Assembly (NCBI GenBank): GCA_041665505.1
Contig: JBAYIR010000002.1
Coordinates: 75,602-139,601 of the forward strand
DNA: 64,000 bases
DNA from: Patescibacteria group bacterium
GTDB lineage: Bacteria > Patescibacteriota > Patescibacteriia > UBA1558 > GWA2-36-10
Direction: 5' to 3'
The position numbers and the translations under genes are program-made. This document shows, one piece after another, positions 28,902 to 37,463 of this stretch (the first letter of the stretch is position 1; each line of letters starts with the position of its first letter). Below the pieces are notes generated by a model, which saw only the letters and a program-made list of their open reading frames with translations, was not told the DNA's origin and did not search any database.

Positions 28902-29831
28902 ATGACTGAAAACTTATTAATTCTATCATTCTCATTATTTCTAGTAATCAAAGGAGCTATTTTGTCCACCAAATATGCTGTCCGTTTAGCCAATAATTTT
29001 AAACTTTCCAAATATGTAGTGGGCTTTATTATTGTAGCTGTTATCTCTGTCCTACCAGAAACTTTTATTTCCATAAATTCTGCTTTGGAGGGTATACCAG
29101 CTTTTGGTCTAGGTACACTCTTTGGCTCCAATGTAGCTGATTTGACTTTGGTTTTTGTACTAATTATTGCCTTCTCCAAAAAAGATATTAAAATTGAAAG
29201 TAAAATACTAAAAAATAATATTATCTATCCTTTTTTATTTTTAATGCCCATAATTTTAGGCTTGGACGGTCACTATTCTCGCCTAGAAGGTACTGTTCTT
29301 ATCATCACTGGAGCTATATTTTATTATTTTGCTTTCAAAAATAACAATGATGAAGTGCCTGATATAGCCAAAGAAAAAAGCCGTCTGAAAAACTCCAGCT
29401 TATTACTACTTAGTATGGCCATGCTACTTATCGGTGCGCATTTTACAGTCACTTCAGCCACTAATTTAGCCCACTCTTTGGGTGTCTCACCAATACTAAT
29501 TGGCATGTTGATAGTGGGCTTAGGTACTACTATCCCTGAGCTTTTATTTTCTATCCAAGCTGTCAAAAAAAATGATGACTCTATGGCTATTGGTGACATT
29601 TTGGGCACTGTCTTAGCTGATGCTACTGTGGTGGTAGGTATTATTGCTATATTTAGTCCTTTTGACTTTCCCCAAAAAATTATTTATGTGACTGGTATCT
29701 TTATGCTCTTAGCGGCTTTTATTCTTTCCTATTTTATGCGCACTGGCAAAACTATTTCCAGAAAAGAAAGTGTTTTCTTATTTATATTTTGGCTTATTTT
29801 TGTCTTGACTGAATATTTTATCAATAGATAA
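28902..29831 (+). CDS. Ca2+/Na+ antiporter (CaCA family, YrbG-like).
   Basis: Two alpha-repeat motifs are present: GLGTLFGSNVADLTLV and GTTIPELLFSIQA.../GDILGTVLADATVVVG. Confidence 0.75.
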   Translation: MTENLLILSFSLFLVIKGAILSTKYAVRLANNFKLSKYVVGFIIVAVISVLPETFISINSALEGIPAFGLGTLFGSNVADLTLVFVLIIAFSKKDIKIESKILKNNIIYPFLFLMPIILGLDGHYSRLEGTVLIITGAIFYYFAFKNNNDEVPDIAKEKSRLKNSSLLLLSMAMLLIGAHFTVTSATNLAHSLGVSPILIGMLIVGLGTTIPELLFSIQAVKKNDDSMAIGDILGTVLADATVVVGIIAIFSPFDFPQKIIYVTGIFMLLAAFILSYFMRTGKTISRKESVFLFIFWLIFVLTEYFINR

Positions 29832-29875
29832 AATATTAAAAGAACTTATTTTTTAAGAGAAAAAAAATAAAATTT

Positions 29876-30460
29876 ATGAAAAAATGGAAAATAATAAACA
29901 CCAAAGATGTCTCCCCTAGCAAATGGTTTCCTGTTAGCCAGCAGACAGTCAAATTGGGAAATGGAACTATCCTTGATGATTATTTTATTTCTCCTTTGGG
30001 AAATGTGGCTATGATTTTACCATTTACTAAAGATAATTATATTGTCTTAGTCAAACAATACAAACATGCTATAGCTAAAATCATGATTGAGCTACCAGCT
30101 GGCTATCAACAAAAAGGAAAAACCATCAAACAAAGTGCTATAAATGAGCTAGAAGAGGAAACTGGTATCAAAACAAAAATCAGCAATTTAATTCCTCTAG
30201 GTAAAATTGCCAATAATCCTACTAAAACCACTCAAATTAGCTATGGTTTTATGGCCAAAAATCTTGAATTTAATTCCCAGCAAAATACAGATACAACTGA
30301 GGAAATAGAAATAATAAAAGCCAGGCCCCAACAAGTAATTGACATGCTAATGAAGGGCGAAATATGGGGTGCAGATTCAGTGGCTTTTATTTTAAAAGCT
30401 TACTACCAATATCCAAAATTATTTAATATAAAAAATGAACAAGCTAATTTTAGAATTTAA
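29876..30460 (+). CDS. NUDIX hydrolase.
   Basis: The Nudix box is [19 protein letters not shown] (Gx5Ex7REuxEExGu-like). Confidence 0.75.
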   Translation: MKKWKIINTKDVSPSKWFPVSQQTVKLGNGTILDDYFISPLGNVAMILPFTKDNYIVLVKQYKHAIAKIMIELPAGYQQKGKTIKQSAINELEEETGIKTKISNLIPLGKIANNPTKTTQISYGFMAKNLEFNSQQNTDTTEEIEIIKARPQQVIDMLMKGEIWGADSVAFILKAYYQYPKLFNIKNEQANFRI

Positions 30461-31025
30461 AAATCAAGTTATCAAAGCCTCTAGAAAATCTACTTTTATC
30501 CATCATAAATGGTTTATTAAATATCATTTAGAAATAGTAGAAAAAATTGCTCTAGAACTTTGCCAAAAATATAAAAAAGCCGATAAAGATTTGGTACTAC
30601 TTTTGGTTTGGCTTCATGACTATGGTAAAATATTAAATTTTAACAAACAATATGAGCTAACTTTAAGCAAAGGCAAAGAAAAATTGGAAACTCTAGGATT
30701 TCCAAAAGCATTTATAGCTAAAGCTATTGACTATGTGGAAATAATGGATAAAAAAGAAAAAATAAATCTTAAAACAACAGCAATTGAAATAAAAATTGTC
30801 TCTTCTGCCGATGGAGCTGCCCATCTAGTAGGCCCATTTTTCTCCCTGTGGTGGCATGAAAATTCTAATAAACATTTTGAAGAGTTGATGGAAGATAATA
30901 TCCAAAAACATCTAAAAGACTGGAACAAAAAAATTGTTTTAAAAGAAGTAAAACAAGCCTTCAAAAATAGACATAATTTTTTATTGGAACAGTGTGGCCA
31001 ATTTCCTGATAAATTTTTAAAATAA
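30435..31025 (+). CDS. HD-domain phosphohydrolase.
   Basis: [10 protein letters not shown] contains the H...HD metal-binding motif. Confidence 0.55.
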   Translation: MNKLILEFKNQVIKASRKSTFIHHKWFIKYHLEIVEKIALELCQKYKKADKDLVLLLVWLHDYGKILNFNKQYELTLSKGKEKLETLGFPKAFIAKAIDYVEIMDKKEKINLKTTAIEIKIVSSADGAAHLVGPFFSLWWHENSNKHFEELMEDNIQKHLKDWNKKIVLKEVKQAFKNRHNFLLEQCGQFPDKFLK

Positions 31026-31036
31026 TTTTTAAATAC

Positions 31037-31408
31037 ATGCAAAAAAATCAAAAAATATATAAAACTATTGATGAGTATATTTCTTCCTTTCCTAAAGATG
31101 TTCAAAAAAAACTAAAAGAAATAAGAAGACTGGTCAAAAAACAAAGCCCTCTAGCACAAGAAAAGATAAGCTATCAAATGCCGACTTTTGTTTTAAACGG
31201 TAATCTATTACACTTTGCCGCATATAGCAAACATATTGGTTTTTATCCCACCCCTAGTGGCATTAAAGCCTTTAGCAAAGAATTGAGTAAATACAAAAAT
31301 TCCAAAGGAGCGGTACAATTTCCTATCACTGAAGAGCTACCTATCAAACTAATAGAAAAAATAATAAAATATCGAGTAAAAGAAAATAGTAAAAAAACTG
31401 CCCTCTAG
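31037..31408 (+). CDS. DUF1801/YdhG-like domain protein.
   Basis: 123 aa. ISYQMPTFVLNGNLLHFAAYSKHIGFYP resembles the DUF1801 core. Confidence 0.45.
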   Translation: MQKNQKIYKTIDEYISSFPKDVQKKLKEIRRLVKKQSPLAQEKISYQMPTFVLNGNLLHFAAYSKHIGFYPTPSGIKAFSKELSKYKNSKGAVQFPITEELPIKLIEKIIKYRVKENSKKTAL

Positions 31409-31415
31409 GCAGTTT

Positions 31416-32111
31416 TTATTGTTTTGATTTTCTGACAAAAGCATTTATATTCCAATTGGTTTTATAGACTCCTTCCGGTTCCAAATCAAAATGGGTAGTC
31501 TTTAGTAAGTAAACTAATTCTCCGGTAGTGAAAGAATGATAATATCGCCAGACAGTGCCACCTTCATCAGTAGTCCAAGGAATAAAAAAATCATTCCAAG
31601 AACGCTTTGACCAAAACTTTTCCAAGGCATAACGCATATATTTTTTTTGCCAAAGATTCCAATTGGTCATAAAAAGCAAACCACCTGGTTTGAGCCAACG
31701 ATTGGCCTTGAAAAGTAAATCAAGTCTTTCTGCTCTAGTTGGTAAATGATGAAAAGAAGCTACCATAAAGACCATATCAAAAGTAGCTGGCTCAAAAGAT
31801 AAATCCGACATATCGGCTACTACAAATTTGGCTTGCGGATGACTAGTTCTAGCTTGGGCTATCAGCTGTTCACTGAAATCTACTCCCAGATAATTGAGCT
31901 TTTTGTCTGACTGCTCCAAAGATTTAAGCAGACGACCATTACCACAGCCCAAGTCTAGTATCTTGAAGTTGTTTTTAATATGTGGTATAAAGACTTGTAA
32001 CTCTTTCCAAGGATAAGCCCGAGTAGCTGAAAACTCTTTGGCGATATCATTGTAGAGTAAACGCAAATCATTTTTTACTTTTTCACTTTTCATGGATAGA
32101 AAACAAAACAA
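31416..32111 (-). CDS. Class I SAM-dependent methyltransferase, Trm9-like candidate.
   Basis: Motif I is ILDLGCGNGRLL. It also has DMVFMVASFHHL and a 231-aa size. It is divergently overlapped with the elp3 homolog. Confidence 0.7.
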   Translation of the reverse strand: MFCFLSMKSEKVKNDLRLLYNDIAKEFSATRAYPWKELQVFIPHIKNNFKILDLGCGNGRLLKSLEQSDKKLNYLGVDFSEQLIAQARTSHPQAKFVVADMSDLSFEPATFDMVFMVASFHHLPTRAERLDLLFKANRWLKPGGLLFMTNWNLWQKKYMRYALEKFWSKRSWNDFFIPWTTDEGGTVWRYYHSFTTGELVYLLKTTHFDLEPEGVYKTNWNINAFVRKSKQ

Positions 32112-33702
32112 AATTTTAGATAAAATAGTACTAGATCTTTATGAGTATAAAGATTCTAGCGAACTTGAGTTTGTCAAAGCTTTGCGTCAAGTATTTTCTC
32201 GCTACAAAATGACCCCAACTGCTAAAGCTAATATTATTGTAGCATATAAAAATTTGATTAAAAAGGGAAAGTTGAAGGCCAATAAAAACTTTGCCGATCG
32301 CCTGGTTAAAAGAGCCGTGCGGACTATGAGTGGTGTTTCGGTCATTACTGTCTTGTCCAAGCCCTTTGTCTGCCCTGGTAAATGCGTTTATTGCCCAACT
32401 GAACCAGGCATGCCCAAAAGCTACTTGTCCAATGAACCAGCCGCTGCTAGAGCTAAGATGAATCTTTTTGACCCAATCAGACAGGTGACTATGCGTATTC
32501 AGGCTTTGGAAAATAACGGCCACCAAGTAGATAAACTAGAACTACTTATCCTAGGCGGCACCTGGTCTGTTTATCCAGAAAAATACCAAATAGAATTTGT
32601 GCGTGATCTTTTTTATGCTGCCAATACCTTTGGACAAAAACGCAAGAGAGCTGCTCTATCTCTAGAAAAAGAGCAAAAAATAAATGAAAACACCAGATAC
32701 AAAATTATTGGTTTGACTCTGGAAACTAGACCAGATTATATAAGCCCTACTGAGCTCAAAAGAATGAGGACTCTGGGTACTACTCGCGTCCAATTGGGTG
32801 TCCAGCATACTGACAACAAAATTCTTGATTTGATAGTGCGTGGACATAGTATTGAGCAGTCTATCCAAGCTACTAGGCTGCTCAAAGAAGTGGGCTTAAA
32901 AGTAGATCATCATTATATGCCAGATTTACCCGGTTCCAGTCCCGCCAAAGATTTGAAAATGATGAAATATGTTTATAGCTCCCCTGATTTGCAACCAGAC
33001 CAAATAAAAATATACCCTTGTGTGGTCAATGAATATGCTGAGCTAAACAAATGGTATCAAGCCGGCAAATACAAACCCTACTCTGCTAAACAATTATTGG
33101 ATTTACTTTTAAAAATAAAAGAAATTACTCCGCCTTGGATAAGAATCAACCGTTTGATTAGAGATATACCAGAAGAAAGTATTATTGCTGGTAATAAAAT
33201 CACCAACCTCCGTCAATACTTACAAACAGAATTAAAAAAACAGGGCAAATTTTGTCAGTGTCTCAGATGTCGAGAAGTTAGAAATGATAGTGAAAATAGT
33301 GCTAAGGCTATACTAGTCAAAAGAGAATACCGTGCTTCTTTGGGTGATGAAATATTTATTAGTTTTGAATCTGAAGATAAAAAAATACTCTATGCCTTTT
33401 TGAGATTAAGATTCAATGACCAAAAAGATGAAAATATTTTTGCGGAATTAAAAAATGCTTCACTAGTCAGAGAGCTACATGTCTACGGCAAAATGATTCC
33501 AATTTATAATGAAGATCAAGATGACGAGCTGTCACAAACTCAACACCTAGGCTTTGGCAAAAGACTAATGGCTGAAGCAGAGAAAATAACTAAAGATAGA
33601 GGTCTAGCTAAAGTAGCAGTTATTTCTGGCATTGGGGTAAGGAACTACTACCAAAAACTGGGCTATCAGCTAGAAGGCACTTATATGACCAAAAAACTCT
33701 AA
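32092..33702 (+). CDS. elp3: Elp3-family radical SAM plus GNAT protein (tRNA uridine-34 carboxymethyl synthase homolog).
   Basis: The radical SAM cluster motif is CPGKCVYCP. The SAM domain runs through VQLGVQHTDNKIL, and a C-terminal GNAT acetyltransferase domain follows. At 536 aa it matches archaeal/bacterial Elp3. Confidence 0.85.
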   Translation: MDRKQNKILDKIVLDLYEYKDSSELEFVKALRQVFSRYKMTPTAKANIIVAYKNLIKKGKLKANKNFADRLVKRAVRTMSGVSVITVLSKPFVCPGKCVYCPTEPGMPKSYLSNEPAAARAKMNLFDPIRQVTMRIQALENNGHQVDKLELLILGGTWSVYPEKYQIEFVRDLFYAANTFGQKRKRAALSLEKEQKINENTRYKIIGLTLETRPDYISPTELKRMRTLGTTRVQLGVQHTDNKILDLIVRGHSIEQSIQATRLLKEVGLKVDHHYMPDLPGSSPAKDLKMMKYVYSSPDLQPDQIKIYPCVVNEYAELNKWYQAGKYKPYSAKQLLDLLLKIKEITPPWIRINRLIRDIPEESIIAGNKITNLRQYLQTELKKQGKFCQCLRCREVRNDSENSAKAILVKREYRASLGDEIFISFESEDKKILYAFLRLRFNDQKDENIFAELKNASLVRELHVYGKMIPIYNEDQDDELSQTQHLGFGKRLMAEAEKITKDRGLAKVAVISGIGVRNYYQKLGYQLEGTYMTKKL

Positions 33703-33808
33703 ACAAAAGAGTGCCTCTATTTCGTTGACACAAATTACAAAATATACTTAAATATAGACGAAATGACCTTTCCACCAACCATCCACCCTTTCCCTAAGGA
33801 GGAAAAAG

Positions 33809-34261
33809 ATGAACCTGAACCTGAGTTGGTTTGAAGTCCAGAGCTACACCGAGCAGGATTTCTTCATCCGTCACCTCAAGCTTGGCTGCCACAGGCAGTA
33901 CTTTCTTCCCAGCAAACGTCGACTCATTCTTGATGTCTGCATCCCCATACTACAAGCCATCCGTGAGGGTAAAGGCATAACCCAGGAGAGCTGGGACCTG
34001 GTCAGGCTGGCTGAGAGTCGTCAGTTCCGACGTTCCGAGATCGAACCAACTATCTGGGACATCTACCAGGAGTTCAGTTCGCCTATGAACAGTCTCAAGG
34101 CTGCCAGATATCTCGGGCTGTCCCAGCGCCACTGCCTTCGCATCATCGCTGGTCTGGCTCGCCTCAACGACAATGTGCACAAGTCCAAGAAGAAGGGCTG
34201 GCAGGTGCCGGTCGTCGCTCTTGATGATTGGTTGATCAAGTATCGTCCGGCCACAAATTGA
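33809..34261 (+). CDS. Excisionase/AlpA-type helix-turn-helix protein of mobile-element origin.
   Basis: The C-terminal NSLKAARYLGLSQRHCLRIIAGL...KKKGWQVPVVALDDWL fits the Xis-family HTH (HTH_17) pattern. The first ~80 aa are unassigned. Confidence 0.5.
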   Translation: MNLNLSWFEVQSYTEQDFFIRHLKLGCHRQYFLPSKRRLILDVCIPILQAIREGKGITQESWDLVRLAESRQFRRSEIEPTIWDIYQEFSSPMNSLKAARYLGLSQRHCLRIIAGLARLNDNVHKSKKKGWQVPVVALDDWLIKYRPATN

Positions 34262-34275
34262 CCAACAACGATGAA

Positions 34276-34306
34276 GCCGGTCGCGCGCAGCGCGCGACCG
34301 GCTTTA
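34276..34306 (+). terminator. Strong GC hairpin terminator.
   Basis: GCCGGTCGCGCG-CAG-CGCGCGACCGGC forms a perfect 12-bp stem followed by TTT. Confidence 0.7.
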
Positions 34307-34376
34307 AAATTAATATACAATATTGCATATACGAGACAATATGCTAAACTAAATAGCGTAATTATTATCTACCAAT

Positions 34377-35639
34377 ATGATAAAACTAGATAAAATAGAT
34401 TCACAAATTGCCAAAATATTAACTCAGGAATTGGAGCGCCAAAGAAATGGAGCGGAAATGATTGCTTCAGAAAATTTTGTCTCCGAGGCAGTATTACAAG
34501 TAGCTGGCTCAGTTCTGACCAATAAATATGCTGAAGGCTACCCCAACAAAAGATACTATGGTGGCAATGAATTTATAGACCAAGCTGAACAACTAGCTAT
34601 TGATAGAGCCAAAAAACTATTTGGAGCTGAGCATGCCAATGTTCAGCCTCACGCTGGTTCACAGGCCAACATGGAAGCTTATTTTGCCTTGGCTGAACTA
34701 GGTGATACTATTTTGGGATTTTCTCTAGCTCATGGCGGACATTTGACACACGGGCACCCAGTCAATTTTTCTGGCAAATTTTATAATTTTGTCAGCTACG
34801 GTGTAGATAAAGAGACCGAAAGAATAGATATGGAAGAAGTCCGCTCTCAAGCTATTAAACACCGCCCAAAAATAATCTTAGCTGGGGCTAGCGCCTATTC
34901 TCGCCAAATAGATTTTAAAGCTTTTAAAGAAATAGCTGATGAAGTCAAAGCTTATCTAATGGTAGATATGGCTCATATTGCAGGACTAGTAGCTGCTGGT
35001 CTTCATCCTGATCCAATTCCTTATGCTGATGTAGTCACTACTACTACTCATAAAACTTTGCGCGGTCCAAGAGGAGCAATGATACTATGTAAAACTAAAG
35101 ATAGACTAGATCCTAATGGTAGGAAAACTCTCGCCCAAAAAATAGACAGTGCTGTTTTTCCAGGTATGCAAGGTGGACCACTGGAGCATATCATTCTAGC
35201 TAAAGCTGTGGCTTTTGGCGAAGCCCTAGAACCAGCCTTTAAAGACTACCAAAAACAAGTTATTAAAAATTGTAAAACTCTGGAAAATAAATTCCGCCAA
35301 GCTGGAGTGCGAATGGTTTCAGATGGTACTGATAATCATCTCTTGATGATAGATGTTACACCACTAGGTTTATCGGGTAAAGAAGCGGAGAATTTACTAG
35401 ACAAGGTTAATATTTTTACCAACAAAAATATGATTCCTTATGATAAGCGGACTCCTTTTGACCCCTCAGGTATTAGACTGGGTACAGCTGCACTTACTAC
35501 TCGCGGTCTGAAAGAAAAAGAAATTGAAATTGTAGCTGATATATTGATAGAAACTTTAAAAACCAAACAAGCTAGTAAAAAAAATAAGCTCGCTATTATT
35601 GATTTAATGAAGCAATTTAAACTATACCCAAAACTATAA
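34377..35639 (+). CDS. glyA: Serine hydroxymethyltransferase.
   Basis: The N-terminus reads [39 protein letters not shown]. The PLP-lysine loop [15 protein letters not shown] is present. Confidence 0.95.
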   Translation: MIKLDKIDSQIAKILTQELERQRNGAEMIASENFVSEAVLQVAGSVLTNKYAEGYPNKRYYGGNEFIDQAEQLAIDRAKKLFGAEHANVQPHAGSQANMEAYFALAELGDTILGFSLAHGGHLTHGHPVNFSGKFYNFVSYGVDKETERIDMEEVRSQAIKHRPKIILAGASAYSRQIDFKAFKEIADEVKAYLMVDMAHIAGLVAAGLHPDPIPYADVVTTTTHKTLRGPRGAMILCKTKDRLDPNGRKTLAQKIDSAVFPGMQGGPLEHIILAKAVAFGEALEPAFKDYQKQVIKNCKTLENKFRQAGVRMVSDGTDNHLLMIDVTPLGLSGKEAENLLDKVNIFTNKNMIPYDKRTPFDPSGIRLGTAALTTRGLKEKEIEIVADILIETLKTKQASKKNKLAIIDLMKQFKLYPKL

Positions 35640-36475
35640 TGGACAAAATACTAGATGGCCTAAAATTAGCCACCACCATACAACAAGAAATAAAAGAAGA
35701 TTTGGCCAAAAAAAATATTAGACCAGGTTTGGCTGTTATTTTGGTTGGCGATGACTCGGCTAGTCGACTTTATGTCAGTAAAAAGAAAAAGGCTTGTTTG
35801 GATGTTGGTATTGAATTTCATGAATATTTACTAAAAGCTGATAGTAGCCAAGAGAATATCTTAGAGACTATAGATTTTTTAAATCAAGACGAACAAGTCA
35901 ATGCTATTTTAGTTCAATTGCCCTTACCAAAAAAATTTGACACTGACAAAATAATCAAAGCTATTGATCCCAAAAAAGATGTTGATGGCTTTCATCCAGC
36001 TAATATTGAAAACTTCTTAAAAAACAAAGCTTTGATTACCCCTGGTCTGCCACTGGGTATACTTAGGCTGCTAGAAGAAACTAAAGAAAATCTATCTGGC
36101 AAAACAGCGGTGATAGTATCAAGAAGTAAAGTTTTTTCTAAGCCGATGATAAAAATATTAGAGGATAGAAATATACCAGTATCTTTGGTAAATCCCGATG
36201 ATAAAAATCTAAACGAAAAAACAAAACAGGCTGATGTCTTAATAGTATCCTGTGGCCAAGCCTTCCTCATTAAAAAAGATATGGTCAAAACTGACGCTAT
36301 TATTATAGATGTGGGCACAAATAAAATAGACAAAAACTATGTAGTCGGCGATGTTGACTACACTAGTGTCTTTCCTAAAGTAAAATTCATTACTCCGGTG
36401 CCAGGCGGAGTAGGACCAATGACCGTAGCAATGCTGCTATATAACACTGTTAAGCTACATCAGGCTGGAAAATAA
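35639..36475 (+). CDS. folD: Bifunctional 5,10-methylene-THF dehydrogenase/cyclohydrolase.
   Basis: ILDGLKLATTIQQEIKE...GLAVILVGDDSASRLYV and the C-terminal PVPGGVGPMTVAMLL are present. The start overlaps the glyA stop. Confidence 0.93.
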   Translation: MDKILDGLKLATTIQQEIKEDLAKKNIRPGLAVILVGDDSASRLYVSKKKKACLDVGIEFHEYLLKADSSQENILETIDFLNQDEQVNAILVQLPLPKKFDTDKIIKAIDPKKDVDGFHPANIENFLKNKALITPGLPLGILRLLEETKENLSGKTAVIVSRSKVFSKPMIKILEDRNIPVSLVNPDDKNLNEKTKQADVLIVSCGQAFLIKKDMVKTDAIIIDVGTNKIDKNYVVGDVDYTSVFPKVKFITPVPGGVGPMTVAMLLYNTVKLHQAGK

Positions 36476-36596
36476 ACACACAGTCCACGTCCTGAGCGAA
36501 GACGAGCTAAGCTCGTCGGAGTCGAAGGACGGAGTAGGACCAATGACCGTAGCAATGCTGCTATATAACACCGTTAAATTGAGCTTAGCTAAATAA
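36413..36596 (+). repeat. Direct duplication of the folD 3' end flanking a 51-bp GC-rich repeat-element insert.
   Basis: Copy 1 is 36413-36475 and copy 2 is 36527-36596. They share GGAGTAGGACCAATGACCGTAGCAATGCTGCTATATAACAC exactly. The insert 36476-36527 contains the hairpin GACGAGCTAAGCTCGTC flanked by CGAAG direct repeats. Confidence 0.85.
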
Positions 36597-36602
36597 AAAA
36601 AT

Positions 36603-36637
36603 AATCCAGCCCTTCGCGAAGGGCTGGATTATTTTTT
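36603..36637. terminator. Perfect 28-bp palindrome (REP-like copy 1) acting as a bidirectional terminator.
   Basis: AATCCAGCCCTTCGCGAAGGGCTGGATT is an exact palindrome flanked by an A-run and a T-run. It lies between folD (+) and the exonuclease gene (-). Confidence 0.8.
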
Positions 36638-36642
36638 AATAT

Positions 36643-37434
36643 CTAGAGTAATGTATTTTGCCAAGAGCCCATCTTGCCCAATACCTTCATAGTTTTTATT
36701 CTATCTAATTCAAAAACCCGTAAAGAATCCCGTAAGTGACAAAAAGCTTTTATCTTTTGCCCATTGATATTTTGAATATCAATTTTCCTAAATGTAGTTT
36801 GCCCTTTTTCGTCTATATATTCTATTTCCACCTGATCTCCATTGGCTAAAGCTTTTTTTATTTTATCTTCTATAGTGTCACCCTGAGCGTTCCCCCAACG
36901 AGCTACTATTTTTTCTTTTTGTCCAGAATTTTGATACCAAATATTACCGTGAGCTAAACCATATTCATAAACTTCTCGAGTTACTTTGACATCATCTAAA
37001 CAATACCTAATCAAACTATCCCAATCATTACTTCTATAATAAGCAATGGCATCTAAACCTGAACCAGACTTACCATAACCAAGAGTACTTTGAGCCACAC
37101 TTTCCAATTTTAACCTGTGACCTAAAGCATGAACTATTTCTTCCAAAATATCTAAATGCGGAATAGTAAACAAATCAAAATCTTTATAATAAGGTTGAAG
37201 CACAGTCAAATCAAAACTCTTACTATTAAAACCAATAAGTAACTTGGTATTTTTTAATAGCTCCAAAAGCTCACCAAACTCCTCTTCTTTAAAACCACGA
37301 TATTTATCTTTATTGTAAGAATAAATACCAACCAAAGACACACCTAATTTATAACTATTATGATGTCCTCCGACTTCCTCAAAAGTCTTTTTGGTTTCTA
37401 AATCTAATACAATTATATCTTTTTCTTCTTCCAT
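36643..37434 (-). CDS. DEDDy-type 3'-5' exonuclease (RNase H-like, YprB/PolB-exo-like) fused to a C-terminal WYL-like domain.
   Basis: Exo I is IIVLDLETK, Exo II is LIGFNSKSFDLTVL and Exo III is YCLDDVKVTREVY. The C-terminal ~80 aa (VEIEYIDEKGQTTFRKIDIQNINGQKIKAFCHLRDSLRVFELDRIKTMKVL) match the WYL-domain R.F.LDRI pattern. Confidence 0.55.
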   Translation of the reverse strand: MEEEKDIIVLDLETKKTFEEVGGHHNSYKLGVSLVGIYSYNKDKYRGFKEEEFGELLELLKNTKLLIGFNSKSFDLTVLQPYYKDFDLFTIPHLDILEEIVHALGHRLKLESVAQSTLGYGKSGSGLDAIAYYRSNDWDSLIRYCLDDVKVTREVYEYGLAHGNIWYQNSGQKEKIVARWGNAQGDTIEDKIKKALANGDQVEIEYIDEKGQTTFRKIDIQNINGQKIKAFCHLRDSLRVFELDRIKTMKVLGKMGSWQNTLL

Positions 37435-37463
37435 TTTTTTATTATAACAAATCTAATTACTCC

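Larger units (their letters stand above)
33785..34310. other. GC-rich compositional island 2.
   Basis: The GC shift is abrupt. It holds a single gene with an AAGGAGGAAAAAG-ATG RBS and a 12-bp GC stem terminator. Confidence 0.7.

Noticed and set aside
34377-36475. Programmed frameshift or fusion between glyA and folD (the folD ATG overlaps the glyA TAA at 35637-35641).
   Set aside because: This is a simple ATGA/TAATG-type start-stop overlap typical of translational coupling in compact genomes. Both proteins are full length in separate frames.
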